This document shows positions 48,578-61,981 of a stretch of 64,000 nt of DNA, in pieces. Position numbers and translations under genes: made by a program. Numbering within the stretch: position 1 is the first letter of the stretch; the number at the start of each line of letters is the position of its first letter. The stretch is from Microthyrium microscopicum (taxonomy: Eukaryota): NCBI GenBank assembly GCA_010405405.1, contig MU004239.1, forward strand, positions 1,504,722-1,568,721. The letters are read 5' to 3'. The notes under the pieces are model-generated. The model ran no database searches. It was given only the letters and a program-made list of their open reading frames with translations, and was not told where the DNA came from.

Positions 48578-49700
48578 TTATCGACGACGGTACAGGTGCA
48601 GAGGCAGTCGAACAAGCACGATGTAAGGTAATGACAGTACAAAAACTACAATGCATACAGGATTCTTTCTTGGACGACAGGAATCTCTTCGTTTTCGAGG
48701 GAAGAGACCGTGTCCAATACAACATTGCTCTGGCGTGGGACGGATAATACGAAACGGATGACCTTCATCGGAGTCCAACGCAAGTTCAGGGTGAAAGGTA
48801 CGAGGCCAAGGGAGTTGAACAGTGAAATCGGATAGTCGCAAAGATTGCAATGGTCGCAGATATCTCTTTTCAGGTAAGCGAAAGCCGCGGTCGTATATTT
48901 TGACATGTAATGTCTGTAAGCTGGCCGCCGATTGTAGCATCGCCCAGAAACCGTCCCAATCCTGCTCGCACTTTTGCAGGCGCAATTCCGTCTCTTCAGG
49001 GATTGCGCGATATAAGGCTGTGAAAACAAAACCTTCGCTCCTATACAAAGGGTGCCAGGTTCCGAACAGTAGCTTCATTTGTGTTATGTGGCTGAAAGCT
49101 GTTGTGCTGATTTGTCTGAAAAACGTATCCGACCAGCCACAGTTCGATGGGGAGATGATGAATTTCAAGGAGTTATAGACTTCAAATTCGATCTCAAATC
49201 GCCTTGATTATAGTCAGCATGGCCACATGATAGACCTAGTAACTTGTAGAGAAGTTGGCTTACATTCTAGAGCAAGTGAGCATCAATGCCATTATTGAGC
49301 AGGGCCATATAATATTCCGATCGGTGGAGTCCTGATTTTTCCTGGCTTGAATTGTAGTAGAAGAATCAAGTTGATCGCAAGCATGGTGACGGGCACTTAT
49401 ACAGTCATGAGCAGTAATATCTTGCTCCCAATCAGCAAATGTGAGCTTGTTGTCCACGATACAAGGGTAAGACACGAACGTGTTCACATCATTGATATAG
49501 TGGCGTTTAATGTGAACAACGTCCTCCAAGGGAAGCAATGCTTCATGGTAGATGAGAAGCCTGATTTCTTGCGGAAGTTTGGCGAAGAGCGGCGACTGGA
49601 CTTGGGCTTTGTATACAATCGACTCAGCCTGGGAACTGAAGACAGCTGACTTTCCGGGCTTTGATTTTCTGAGATGGGGTATTCGCGGAAACTTTGGCAT
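48578..49700 (-). CDS. Fungal hypothetical protein with F-box-like LPxEIRxxIY motif (DUF7730-like)
   Basis: QSPLFAKLPQEIRLLIYHEAL..ALMLTCSRM. Intron 49263-49203 joins the second ORF in frame. Confidence 0.75.
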
Positions 49701-49988
49701 ATTGACGACGTAGTAGTATGGTGCAGCAAGGAAATGTCAGAACAGTTGTCGAAGAAGTTGCGAGATGGAACAGGTGCACTCAATATTTGCGGCGAGACAA
49801 CTGTGGCGTGGCAGGCAGCCACTGACCGGATTGTACGACAATGAGATGTATGAATTTGTGTTCCACCTCAGAAACATATGCCGTAAATGCCAATATGTAA
49901 AGAAGGTTTTATGGCTCATGATAAGCTAAGTCAGCGTACAATGTAGTAATTTCTTGGGTGATGAACCTTTCATGAGAATGACTTGTGT

Positions 49989-50922
49989 CTATTCTCTCTT
50001 CTCCGCGGCTCTTCTCGCTCTTCTCTGGATCTTCTTGATCATCATTCCAAACCATACGATATTCAAGGCATTGAGTATCGTGTTACTAGCGATAAAAATT
50101 CCCAAGAGCCATAGTGGTAGTGTTCTGGACTCTGGCAACTCATCTGCGGCTGACTTGACGCTCTGCCCCTGAGAGACAGACCAAATGTCTTGCATCCAGT
50201 GATAAGAAAAGTACAGACCGTAGACGAGACGGACGAAAAAGAAGACAAGAATCAGCATGATGCCATTGATGAATTGCCAGATTGTGCCTGCCATGCCCAA
50301 TTGCTCCAAGAACAAATGAATGTTCAAGAATGGAGTAGAGAGCTCAAACAGCACAAAGACACAGCTGTAGTAGTTGAAAACTGGTCTCTTCAACAAAAGG
50401 TTAGTCATGGCGAAAGTAGACTCATTGGTTGGCACGTACAAAACCAAGAAGATAGACAGTGAAGCAACTGAATGCATGTATGAGTACTGGTAAGCCAACA
50501 TCGCTTAGGTTCTGTAGCGATACGACAAGATCCCACAAGAAATAGCCAGTAGCAAAGGCTTGAACGCTGCCAGCGGGGCCAGAGTAGCCAAAGACTCGTC
50601 CTTCTTGATCCTCTGAATTCATTGCACGGACACCATCATTCTTCATAACCCATATAGCAAGCCAGCTAATCAGGATCGACTGTACCATGGACACGCATTG
50701 AAGATTCCAATCCAGAGCTTCCTTGCGACTGAATTGCCGATAGCGTCTAGAGAGCAACTGGGCTGAGATCCATGGAGTAAGATATTTGAAGATGATGTGG
50801 TAAAATCCAGCGGCAATGACGATTTCGTGAGCATGAAGAGGTAACGCTCGTAGATTGAGAGCGTCGGCCACTGGCGTCCATAAAGGTTGCAGAGCCACGA
50901 CCGGAGGTACAAGGCTCGTCAT
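49989..50922 (-). CDS. TLC-domain membrane protein (TMEM56/Tda4-like)
   Basis: WNLQCVSMVQS, RVFGY, GYFLWD, FELSTPFLNIH, FFFVRLVYG, LNALNIVWFGMMI. Intron 50439-50388. Confidence 0.9.
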
Positions 50923-51348
50923 GATCGAATTGAGTTCATCCAGTTAGTTCTCTTGTGCAGATGAAGTTGGGATGGAGAAGTTTAGAATTGGGAGTCGCGT
51001 TGTTTATGCGTGAACCTCCAAACAGGCTAGCGCTTCCACCGTGCGTTCAAACACACGTCGTGGAATCCAGAGGACAAGAGGATATGAATCGGATATAGAA
51101 GACGCACTCAATTTCGCTATGTAACGTATATCTTGATTATTGAAGTAAGTTAAGATCTTGCCTGTTTCCGTGCCTTCAGACGCAGTCCGCGCCATTGGGT
51201 CCGTGCAGTGCCAAGGACCATGGGTTAGTAATCTAGCTATCAGCGTGTCGTGCAATCCATATTTAGCAATTACGGTAATGGACTGTGCTCAAAAGCCACG
51301 TTTTCTCCTTTTTAACTTTTGACTTTCCATCCAACTTCGTCTCATCTG

Positions 51349-52290
51349 ATGGCAGCTAATCTGATCCAATTCCATCTGCATCCGCAAGAAAGTGCAGTTT
51401 CCGAGTTTCTTCCTCTTTTGCGTCCGCATTTACCAGAGAGCAATCCGCTGTACAATCGCCTCCAAGCTCGAAACAATGTTCCTTCAAGACACTGTATCTT
51501 TGCCGCGACATTTGCTCCAAGCGATACGCCTCCTGAAATATATACCGTTATGTTTGCTGATCGGTCGCGCCATCTAGAATCACAAATATGGGTGTTCAAT
51601 CCTTTGACTAGAATTGCTTCGTTATCAGATGTTCAAAAAGAGACGCTTAGAGATCATCTAGAAGCCTCAATTTACTTTTTCAAGACCACTCAAATACCAG
51701 AAGCACCAGGATGGCCATTTTCACCGATTCTCAAATATGCTTGTCTTCATGAGCATATCGCCGCCGCACTGGTCAGTGTAGGAGAGGCTAAGGAAGCTGT
51801 ACCTCGACTCACGAGATGGAACATGTGGATTGTCTCTACCTCTGGTGTCGCCGCTGGCTCTGCTGGGAAAAGAGCTCTACCAGAAGGCTACACGGTAGCC
51901 CGAGTTCCAGAGGACCAGCTGGATATTGTGATAGCAACATCGTCAATTCCACGACAGCCTTCGACCCTGCTACTTCTTCCCAATGTAGGCTTGCTAGATG
52001 AGCAAGGCGTCTTAGTGGCCTGGGGGTATATTGGCATCGATGGGAGCTTTGCAACTTTATATGTGTTGCCAAAGCATAGAGGAAAGGGCCTAGCTTCTCG
52101 TGTTGCCGTGGAGCTGTTGGGCAGTCTGAACAGAGGAGATTTCAAAGATCTAGGTTATGATGGTGACAGTGGATTCGTGCATTCGGATGTGTACGCTGGT
52201 AATATGGAAAGTGAAGGCGTGATGAAGTCACTTGGAGGAAAGGTCTGCTGGGAAAGTAGTTATCTATGGATTGACAGTGACAAGTTTTGA
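51349..52290 (+). CDS. GNAT-family (FR47-like) acetyltransferase
   Basis: AWGYIGIDGSFATLYVLPKHRGKGLA acetyl-CoA motif and N..S..VMKSLGG. Intronless ORF. Confidence 0.85.
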   Translation: MAANLIQFHLHPQESAVSEFLPLLRPHLPESNPLYNRLQARNNVPSRHCIFAATFAPSDTPPEIYTVMFADRSRHLESQIWVFNPLTRIASLSDVQKETLRDHLEASIYFFKTTQIPEAPGWPFSPILKYACLHEHIAAALVSVGEAKEAVPRLTRWNMWIVSTSGVAAGSAGKRALPEGYTVARVPEDQLDIVIATSSIPRQPSTLLLLPNVGLLDEQGVLVAWGYIGIDGSFATLYVLPKHRGKGLASRVAVELLGSLNRGDFKDLGYDGDSGFVHSDVYAGNMESEGVMKSLGGKVCWESSYLWIDSDKF

Positions 52291-53628
52291 CGGACTTTGA
52301 TGAACGTTTGCCGCAATATTCTGGATATATCTCTCATGATTTTCAAGTCGTGAATCAAACAGCCGATCTAGTATGTATAGACTAGAGTTTGCTATCATTA
52401 CAGTCGTCATTTCCCTGAAGAAAATCCAATCATGCCTAGAGCATATCAAAAAGTACATGACCGAATCCGACCATTCCATAACGTTTCGAAAATTCGCTGG
52501 CCGTGATACAAAATTGGTCAAAAAAATTGAGCCACCTTCATCTTACTTTCAGAATTCCTCAAGCCAGAAAATTTATCCGCTGACCAAATCCAAGAACAAC
52601 AGAGTAAGTTTGCTGGCCGATTTTGTTTTGGACTATTCGATGATACCCGTACATGGCGAATAATCGGGGAGTGCACATGTGGCGCTCTCTCATCGAATTC
52701 GATATCTGCCATAGAGTATGACCCTTCTTAATCTGGTAAGTCTTCCACGTATGGGGGAGACTTTCTATGGGAATGCTTTGGGACCCATCAATCCAGTTGC
52801 AATTATATACTCTAACACATCCTGAGCAGAAATTTCTAAACCTGAAGAATGGATTTATTGAAGTTGGTGGGTAAGCAATTTTATTTCATGGTTCCGAGAC
52901 GGCACAGGGACTAAAGTGGCGTCAGCCATTCTTCAAGAAGGCAACCGAAATTTTCAAAGCCAAGATCCCCGGACAAGTTGAGAAGAGGAGTTTTTGTTTT
53001 TATCAGGAGCCAGTAACAGTCCGATATCGTCGATGATGTTGATAACCACGCGACTGATGCGCAAGCAGTGCAAGCACCTTCAATCGCCCACGCTACTTCT
53101 CCATCAATTCCTGCAGGAGCATTGCAGTTCATCAATCTCTTTCATATTTCAGCTCTGCACTGTACTGGTCTGCAGGAACTCAAGAAAAATCAATCATCTT
53201 CTCTTATCAGTAATCTCAGTGATAGCCACCAACGGTTCGCCGGCAAATTATGCCGGACACAGCTAGTCTAGGCTTTTGATTGTACATTTCAAGGAAGACT
53301 TGACTTAGCAGCAGCCTTTTCCTATACCAGCCCCGCCTTCATATCGGGTCCACTGCGAGTCCTAGCATCCATCCACTCACACTCTCTGACCGTCCGTGTG
53401 ATCCACGACCAAAGCCTTCACGGTTTGCAAAGTCTTTCACTCCCTGGTCTAGAGTTGTAAATCTCTTCTCTTGCCGCTTGCATCCCTCTCGTGCTGTCAG
53501 TTGTCGTGACACTTACATTTTGCTCGTGTCTTGTTGCCACCAGCATCGAATCTGCAGCCTAGGAGCTTCCTTCCTAGCTTCCTGCTCTCCGTCACAGCTC
53601 CCCTCCCTCTACACAACACCACCCAGCC

Positions 53629-55566
53629 ATGTCTCTAGCTGAGCGACTCTCCACGCTTGAAGACTACGAATGGTCTCGAGATCCCTCTCCCGCTGCTCAA
53701 GATCGAAGGAGAAAGCTCAGTTTCAATCCTGTCCCCGCGAGATGGGTTCCTCCAAAAGATGAACCACCACCAGTTGCCGCCTTCGAAGTCTCCTCCACTA
53801 AGCGAATCTGTAAGTACTAGGAGCTCTCATATTTTAGAAACCTACTGATCTCATACTCCTCATAGTTCAAGTAATTGCCGCTGTTATATACTGTCTGTTT
53901 GCAGCTGGAATAGTCTTTGGCTTCGCTGCCATCAAGCCTGGTGCGACCCGACCCGCAACGATTTTCTATCCGATACTAATAAGCTATAGTCCTCATTCGA
54001 GAAGAGGTTTACCGCGATTTCTGTACCAAGAAGGAATTGGAGGACGATGTTCCCGTGTGTTACGATCAAGAACTTCGGTACGACTTCAAATCCACGTGCA
54101 TGAATAAAAGTCAAAGCTGATTGTACCACAGGCTGAACTTTATGTTCACAGTTGCTGCTGTATCAACCAACGTGGCAGCTCTTCCAATTGGCACAATATT
54201 AGATCGATACGGCCCTAGAATATGTGGTCTTATGGGCGGAGTCTTTGTCGCAATAGGATGTGCACTTTTCGCTACTGCGTGGGACCTGAAACAAAAGGGA
54301 ATTGATGGATATATTCCGGGATACTTCTTTTTGGCTTTGGGAGGTCCATTCATCTTCATCTCGTCCTTTCAACTGAGCAACACCTTCCCGCGATATTCTG
54401 GGCTAATACTTGCCCTTCTGACGGGAGCTTTTGATACCTCGAGCGCCATATTCCTCTTCTATCGGCTCATATACTCTGCGACCAACGGCACTTTCTACCC
54501 CAAGAAGTTTTTCTTGGCATATTTGGTTGTTCCAGTATTCATCCTTGTCGTCCAGACTTTCCTCATGCCATCCAACTCATATAAGACTTTGGGTGAACTC
54601 GTAGTGGAAGCCGAAGAGACTGAAAATGAAGACAGCGCTGCGATAGTCATGTCGGACGATGAAGACGAAGCTCATTTCGAAGCACGTCGCAGCGCCGACC
54701 GCGACCGCCGTCAATCTGTTCTCGAAGACATCCAGGAGCTCATTGGTAGCACGAATGCTGTCAAACAAGCCAAAAAGGAGGAAACCTCTCGCCATAGGAG
54801 TGGTGTGTGGGGCGCCATGCACGGCAAGACAGCGACGCAGCAAATCCTGAGTCCATGGTTTGTCTTGATTACTCTATTTACTGTTATTCAAATGACGCGT
54901 ATCAACTACTTTGTCGCCACAGTTCGCAGTCAATACGCAGAACTTTTGGGCTCCTACGACGCGGCTATCAAAGTCAACGACTTCTTTGACGTCGCTCTGC
55001 CACTCGGTGGTGTAGTTGCAATTCCTTTCATCGGCATCATCCTTGACAACACAAGTACCACTTTTGTGTTGTCCATGCTGGTTGCTACTGCCACGGCTAT
55101 TGGCTGTCTTGGTCTCATTCCCCATATGTGGGCGGCGTATGCTAATGTTTGCTTGTTCGTCGTCTATCGACCATTTTACTACACTTGTGTTTCTGATTAT
55201 GCCGCAAAAGTTTTTGGCTTTCATACATTTGGTAAGTTCAACATCATTGATCAGGTCGAACCCACCGCTAACAGCAAGATAGGCAAAGTCTATGGTCTCA
55301 TTATCTGTCTCGCCGGCCTGTTCAACTTCTCCCAATCCGCGCTCGATGCACTCACCCACAAAGTCTTCAACCGTGACCCCAAGCCGGTCAATATCATGCT
55401 ACTACTCATAGCTCTTGTCGTGGGGTCCGCCTTGAGCATATTTGTGTGGAAGAAGAGCAAGACTCTGAACAGAGATCTGCTCGATCAAGAAGCTGAGGAC
55501 GCTGAAGAGCGACTCATGCCAAACGCCAGTCCAGATATCCAGACTCGCGATTATGGCACATTATAA
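53629..55566 (+). CDS. FMP42: MFS transporter, Fmp42/SLC43 (LAT3)-like
   Basis: AAGIVFGFAAIKP, LNFMFTVAAVSTNVAALPIGTILDRYGPR, LTGAFDTSS, QMTRINYFVAT, YRPFYYT..SDY, TFGKVYG. Four introns. Confidence 0.9.
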
Positions 55567-56124
55567 CGATGAAATCGTCGATTGTATAAGATTCATTTAT
55601 GCGGGCAGTTTATGTTTGAGAATTGCATTGGGATATGTTGGCGCTTGGGTTTGGCTGCCATCTACATCGGATCATTACATGAGGCTTACGAGTAGATACC
55701 AGTCCTCAACCTCAGATTGAATAGTTCTATAATAGCATCTATCAAACTACTACTCGAGAGGACGATATGCTACTCCAACTGGACTTGCAAAGCTGTCTTT
55801 GCAGCTCTCCGATTCACTAGCAGTGGAGATATCACTTCATCCGATATCATACATCTATTAACAGGTTGCTATAACTTGAACTTACATATAGGTTCAGCAA
55901 GCATTACTATTTGCATCTGCACGCCGCAATCATAAGCTTCTTCTTCTCCCAATCGGACATCGTGGAGCTCTCTATTGATGATGCACGATGAGCTCCTATC
56001 TCGGAGCACAAGCTCCAGCTTCAACCCCTCCATTGAAAACAGTCATCTACAACAGCTTTGAGCTTCAACAACCACATCTCCTCGTGTCCTATAGAAACTC
56101 ATATAGTCCATTGAGGACCGGTCA

Positions 56125-56667
56125 ATGACAACTCCCCTACGTCGTCTCGCCCAGCTCAAAATTACCCCCTCTATCCATACCACCCAACGCCCTCTCCAAC
56201 TCCCAGCATCCCGCTTCCATACAACAGCCACCATGTCCGAAATGAAGAAAATAACCACCACAAAAGCCTTCCCAGGTACCTCCCCTCCCATCACACCTTC
56301 TCTCCCCATCATCCCCTAACGCCCCACCTTAGCAGCAGGACCCTACACCCAAGCAATCGCCCTCCCCTCCCTAATATTCGTCTCCGGCCAAATCCCCGGC
56401 TCACCAGACGGCACCATCGTCTCCGGCTCCATCGCCGCCTGCACCGCCGCCTGCTGCGAAAACGTCAAAGCCATCCTCGCAGAAGCCGGCAGCGATATTT
56501 CAAAAGTCGTGAAAACGACGGTCTTTTTGGCTGATATGAAGAGCTTTAAGGAGATGAATGAGACTTATGAACAGTACTTTGCGCATCGCCCGGCGAGGAG
56601 TTGTGTTGCGGTGAGGGAGTTGCCGAAGGGTGTGCCGGTGGAGATTGAATGTATTGCGTTGCCTTAG
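56125..56667 (+). CDS. RidA/YjgF/UK114 family enamine deaminase (Mmf1/Hmf1-like); second ATG at 56233
   Basis: AAGPYTQAI, FVSGQIP, VVKTTVFLADM, RPARSCVAVRELPKGVPVEIECIA. Intron 56276-56331, TAG at 56665-56667. Confidence 0.93.
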
Positions 56668-57091
56668 GGAGGGTAGAGGAGAAGAGGGATGGGGAGATGG
56701 GGAAAAGAGGTATGAGAGAGGTATGAGAGACGGGGACGCAGGCAGATGAGGTGACTTCTCCCATGTAAAGGCATATTTCTTGACAATATTCGACAGACGC
56801 AAAAATGACGTATTTTCCATTGCACTCGATGGCCAGTATAAGATGCATTTCTAATCGAGTGTTTCGGGTGCCATTGGAGCGATGGGAGATATGATGTTTG
56901 AGGTATATGTATGTGTTAGGTATTTCGTCCTATGGTATCGTAAATACATGTCTCTACAAGAGGGCGCCATAATGATCGTAAACGCATCTCTTATGCTCAT
57001 AAATCCAACTCTCCCTATCCAAAAACCCTTCCATGAACGTGAGGGATCTTCAACCTAACTCCTTACTAATGCTGCCCAAGTGATGCTCGAT

Positions 57092-58855
57092 CTACCATCT
57101 TAATCCACGTCGCCCACCAGGCGCTACCGTATGTTCAAACACGAACTCCCACATAGCTCTGACTAGTGCTACACCTGCTCCCTGAGTCTCCACGGTGCGA
57201 CCTCTGCCACGATCATTTGCATCCCGCGCATGTATCATTGGTGCCTGGCCCACATCTCCATCTACTACAAGACCGCCTGCTTGCTTCACAGGCTTCATGG
57301 ACGGTGGCGGCACCACAATGGGCGCCCATCCTTCGCCCCAGCGCTCTCTATCCTCCTGCATAACTGACGCGTCATTGCGATAATCCTCCGCACCAAGCGG
57401 CAGTACAGCTGTATCATTGCCATTATCGCCCCACCAGCCGCCAAAGTGCCCACGCGCATCACGCGTCCGCATGGCAGCAACTGCATTGCGCGCGACCCAC
57501 GGTGAATACTCCTTGCAGCTCTGGCTATGCAGCGCAAACACGCTCGCATCCGCCGCAAAACTGATGCCCGGGATCAGCGGCGTGCGCGGCAGGCTCTCGC
57601 AGAATAGGGTAAAGTGGTGAAAGAAGAGGCCCTTGAAGTTTTGGCCGTCTTGACTGCAGATGCCGCGGGAATCGCAGTAATCCTCGAGGACGCCGTTGCG
57701 GCCGAGTCCGTGCCATTCGTCGTCTCCTGGCTGGCCCGCGCCAGGCGTGTTGGAGGAGAGGTTGTAGCCGGTGGCGGAAATGACATTACGAAGCAAGCGG
57801 TGTCCATCTTGCAGGTAGCGTAAGTGGCCAGTGGATTCCCAGAGGGATCGCAAGCCGGAAAGGACAACGCCTTGGTTGTAGGAGTAGACCATTTCGTTGC
57901 GCTGATCGCAAATACCGGAGCGCGACCATGGGTAGCGACTGATATGGAAACCGTCAATGTAGAGACCTTGGTGATTAGTCATATTGCTGTTGGCGAGCCA
58001 GTCGTATGCGGCGATGGCAGCGCGGAGATATTCGGGGTCGTGTGGTCTGGCGTATGGTGTGGAGGAGGGGCCAATAAGGCCTTTGCCGTATTCTTTCTTG
58101 TCTTGGGCATTGAGGAATGGCGAGGAGTTGTCGTCGCCTGGGAAGTAGAGATACATGCCGGCGGAGGCGGAGATGAAGAGTTGGTTGGTGATTGCGTTTT
58201 TATATGGTTGGAGTTTGGGATTCCAGTTCATGCCTCCTCCGCAATCGCTCTCGTCGTAGCCGCGTTTTGCTAGGTCATAGAATATCCTTGCGCGGTGGGC
58301 AAATGCTCCTTCGAATTGTTTTCCGTACCATGAGTGGTCGCCTTGTGTTGGGTAATGCGCATCTATGTGCAGATTTATGAAACGTAAGTTCTCCAGCCAG
58401 CCTAGAACCACCCAAAGCATGTCGTCGTACGCCTGATTCCGTAGCGAGAATGCATCTTCACCAAAGTAGTACGATATGGCTTGCGAAAAGTATTTGTTGA
58501 TCTCGTTTTCTATCCTTTGACCTTCAGCTGTTACAGTCACCGGCTGCTCTCGGCGTGGTGGCAAGTCATAGTCGAGGGATCGGGTCAGAGAGTAGAGTGA
58601 TGCAGACACGTAGGTGCCCATAACAGCGGCAGTCCAGTCTATACAGGTTGGCCATGTCCCAAGCCAGAGCTGGAAATATGTATCCTGCATGGTCTGCAGC
58701 GCATGATGAAGTTCCTCGAGGGCTGTGGTCAACCCGCCTTCGTACCGGTGTCCGAAAGCTGGAGTATTGATATTGACCGAGTAGAGGAGCGGTAGAGCGG
58801 CTATGGCTAGCAGTCCAGTGGCCACCAGGAGTATGAGAGGGCGCGAGGGCGACAT
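57092..58855 (-). CDS. Glycoside hydrolase family 76 protein
   Basis: AYDDMLW catalytic DD, CGGGMNW, YKNAITNQLFI, SYNQGV, FKGLFF, RTVETQ; hydrophobic N-terminus. Confidence 0.92.
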   Translation of the reverse strand: MSPSRPLILLVATGLLAIAALPLLYSVNINTPAFGHRYEGGLTTALEELHHALQTMQDTYFQLWLGTWPTCIDWTAAVMGTYVSASLYSLTRSLDYDLPPRREQPVTVTAEGQRIENEINKYFSQAISYYFGEDAFSLRNQAYDDMLWVVLGWLENLRFINLHIDAHYPTQGDHSWYGKQFEGAFAHRARIFYDLAKRGYDESDCGGGMNWNPKLQPYKNAITNQLFISASAGMYLYFPGDDNSSPFLNAQDKKEYGKGLIGPSSTPYARPHDPEYLRAAIAAYDWLANSNMTNHQGLYIDGFHISRYPWSRSGICDQRNEMVYSYNQGVVLSGLRSLWESTGHLRYLQDGHRLLRNVISATGYNLSSNTPGAGQPGDDEWHGLGRNGVLEDYCDSRGICSQDGQNFKGLFFHHFTLFCESLPRTPLIPGISFAADASVFALHSQSCKEYSPWVARNAVAAMRTRDARGHFGGWWGDNGNDTAVLPLGAEDYRNDASVMQEDRERWGEGWAPIVVPPPSMKPVKQAGGLVVDGDVGQAPMIHARDANDRGRGRTVETQGAGVALVRAMWEFVFEHTVAPGGRRGLRW

Positions 58856-60634
58856 GGCGCTGATGATGACGGCACAGAAGTCGTCCGTCTTACATTGGTG
58901 GGGGGATATGAGGCGTAAATGCTGCTCTAGAGCATAATGTACAGGAAGAACAGAGGTTTCCTAAAGAAATAAGCCAGGCTAGTAGTGAAGCGTTAGATAG
59001 ATATATCTAGGAAGAAGAGAATAGGAAAACAGTGGTCAGGAGAAACAAGGCATGTCATGTGGGGACTTGAAACGAAGGAGGATGTTTGGTGGTTGGATCC
59101 TGCTGCGGATCTGCATGCAAGTCAACCATGATGGGACCAACCACAGCGACGGATACTCTATGTCTATGTCTATAGAAACACGAGTCCAAGCCGTACGACA
59201 TGCGGGGGAGCCCTGCCGTCACCATTTAAAAACCTAGGGGACATTGAAGTAAAGAGCAAGACCTTTGATTTTCTTGTCAACATCCACAGGCATAACACTT
59301 TGGTATCGTTGATAGAAGGACCAGATCAAGTGAGAACCTCCCATCGAATGCGCTATTTACCACCAAGGGCGGCAAATATCTAGTGCCCTCTTTCCTATCG
59401 AATGCGATGAGAATTCGTAGTTTACAGCTACTAGTAGTTTTCAGTCCATTCCGCAGTAACAGGTACAAGTAGCATATAATTGATATCTTAAGGCATTGTC
59501 AGTATTGGCCATAGCAAGATGCGCTTTCATTTCTCACATTCGCTGGGCAGCTGAGCTCCATTAGTTGTTAATACCTAACAACAGGCCCATAGGCCAAAGA
59601 AGAGGAGATAATATGAACTTCTATATTATGGCAAACCCGTGAGCTTGATGATGCTTCAATTTATTGATTACTACCCCTTTTTCCAAATAACAATGACTTA
59701 CCTCCCTGACCCCTATTTGGAACAAGTTGAAGTTTTCTGCAAAAGAATTTCAAGTATCGTATCGCTCGAATATCAACATGCTATCTTCTGACCAACAATC
59801 TCTTTCTTCCAAACTCGCAGCATAAATCTTGAGAAAAGTATACAAACTCTTAGTTGTTCGGAGGTTGGTCTTGTTTGCGAGAAATGCTCAGATTGAAGTT
59901 GTGGTGACATCAAGATCTTCAAGCGTAGATAACTCGTGGAGGACGAACTAGTACTTTCATGATGCCTCTCGATCGAGACGGGAAAGAAGTTATGAAAGCA
60001 TAATAAAGCTACGGAGGAGTAGAGAAGATTTCGGCTGCTTGATAATGATGGTCCCAGGAGCTTCGGAGCCGAGTGTATATATCGACAACAAAGTCGGTGG
60101 TCGCAACTCAGATATACCGATGTGGTCGGTGTTTTTGTTGTAAGAGCCCCACGGAACCTCCCCTGTTTTTGCTGCATCTTGCTGCATTTTGATGTACACT
60201 TCAATGTTGCTAGTATCTAAACTTGACAGCTGCTGGTTTGTTAGCCTGCAGATCTCCTCGACGTCATTGTTGATTGAACCCCTTTTGACTCTTGAGCAGT
60301 TGATTGAGATACTCCACATGCTCCTAGAATCTATCAAGCCAACACTTATTCCGCGATTCCGCACTTCCGCCTTTAGTGACTCCCAACTTAGCAACCTCAT
60401 ACTATCTCATGATAATGGAACTTGCGTTGAAATACTATATAAAGCCGTCGAAGATGATGTTTTTAGAGCCATCAATTCAGACATTCCAACACATATTGAC
60501 TACTCAGAACGTACTATCCCAACAATAACACTATTTCATCTTCGGTCCCAAAGACTAAAAACATCAACATCACATTAACATTACTCTACATCTCTTCCAT
60601 ACAACTTTACACTTCTTAAACAATCCAAACCACC

Positions 60635-61981
60635 ATGTCCTCCCAAAAACCCACATACGCAATCATTGGCGGTGGTATCGCCGGTCTAACCCTGGGCATT
60701 GCACTGAACAAACGCAACATCAACGTCGTCATCTACGAAGCAGCGGCACATTTCGGTGAAATCGGAGCTGGCGTCGCTTTCACGGCCAACGCCATTGAAG
60801 CTATGAAAATCTGCGACCCAGGCGTCTATGAAGCATTTCAGCATGTTGCCACCCACAATCAATGGGAGAGCAAGAAGAATGTCTGGTTCGACTTTCTGGA
60901 TGGAATGAAGATGGATCAAGACTCGGGTCATCAGGAAGATCTGTTTTCGATTTCGAGTCCTGTTGGCATGAATGGAGTCCATCGGGCAGCGTTTCTGGAT
61001 GAAATGGTCAAATTGGTCGAAGATCAGCATTTGGCGCACTTTGGCAAAAGATTGATTGATTGTGAGGAGACTGAGGACGGAAAGATTTTGATGAAGTTCA
61101 AGGATGGTACGACGGCGACTGCTGATGCTTTGATTGGCTGTGATGGCATCAAGAGCGTGATCCGGCATAAGATTGCTGGTTCCGACAGTCCAGCGGCCGA
61201 ATATGTCTACACCCATAAGTACGCTTATCGCGGACTCATTGATATGGACGATGCTGTCGCAGCCATCGGAGAAGAGAGAGCGAAGAATGCGGTCATGTGG
61301 GTAAGTTTTGGAACTACTCCATTCAAAGACTGAGCAAGCACTAACTTCATCTAGTTGGGAACAGGTCGACACGTTCTAACCTTCCCAGTCAACAAGGGAG
61401 CAACTATGAATCTCGTCGCTTTCTGCACGACCGAAAAAGACTGGCCTGACTACACCAAATCCACACTACCGGCCCACCGGGAAGAGGCTCTCAAAGATTT
61501 CGAAGGCTTCGGTCCCAATGTCATGAAACTTCTAGAAATGGTGAAGCCGGAGCTCGATATTTGGGGAATCTTCAACCTCGAACACGAACTGGAAGCCTAC
61601 AACAAGGGCAAATTTGTCGTCGTTGGAGACGCTGGTCATGCTACCTCACCTCATCACGGCTCAGGGGCTGGCTTTTGCATCGAAGACGCCGCAATTATGG
61701 CCACTATCCTGGCTGATCCATCAGTCACTGGCTCTCCAGGGACCATTGAGGCGGCCTTTGAAGCATACAACACCGAGAGAAAAGTCAGAACGCAGTGGCT
61801 TGTGCAGCATAGCCGACGTCAAGGCAATCTGTACGAGTATCTCGGTGAAGTTGGCAGGGATTTCAACAAGATCGAGCAAGAAATTACTGCCAACAACTTT
61901 TATATCGAGGGTACGGATGTGCATGGGCTCTGTAGTAAAGCTATTGAGACACTACAGCAGGAGATTAGGAAGATCAATTGA
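60635..61981 (+). CDS. FAD-dependent monooxygenase (salicylate hydroxylase-like)
   Basis: IIGGGIAGL, FGEIGAGV, HRAAFL, IGCDGIKS, AYRGLI, GDAGHATSPHHGSGAGFCIED. Intron 61301-61354. Confidence 0.94.

Noticed and set aside
59000..60600. Several 130-140 aa ORFs between GH76 and the FAD monooxygenase
   Set aside because: They overlap on both strands, lack motifs and lie in a divergent promoter region.
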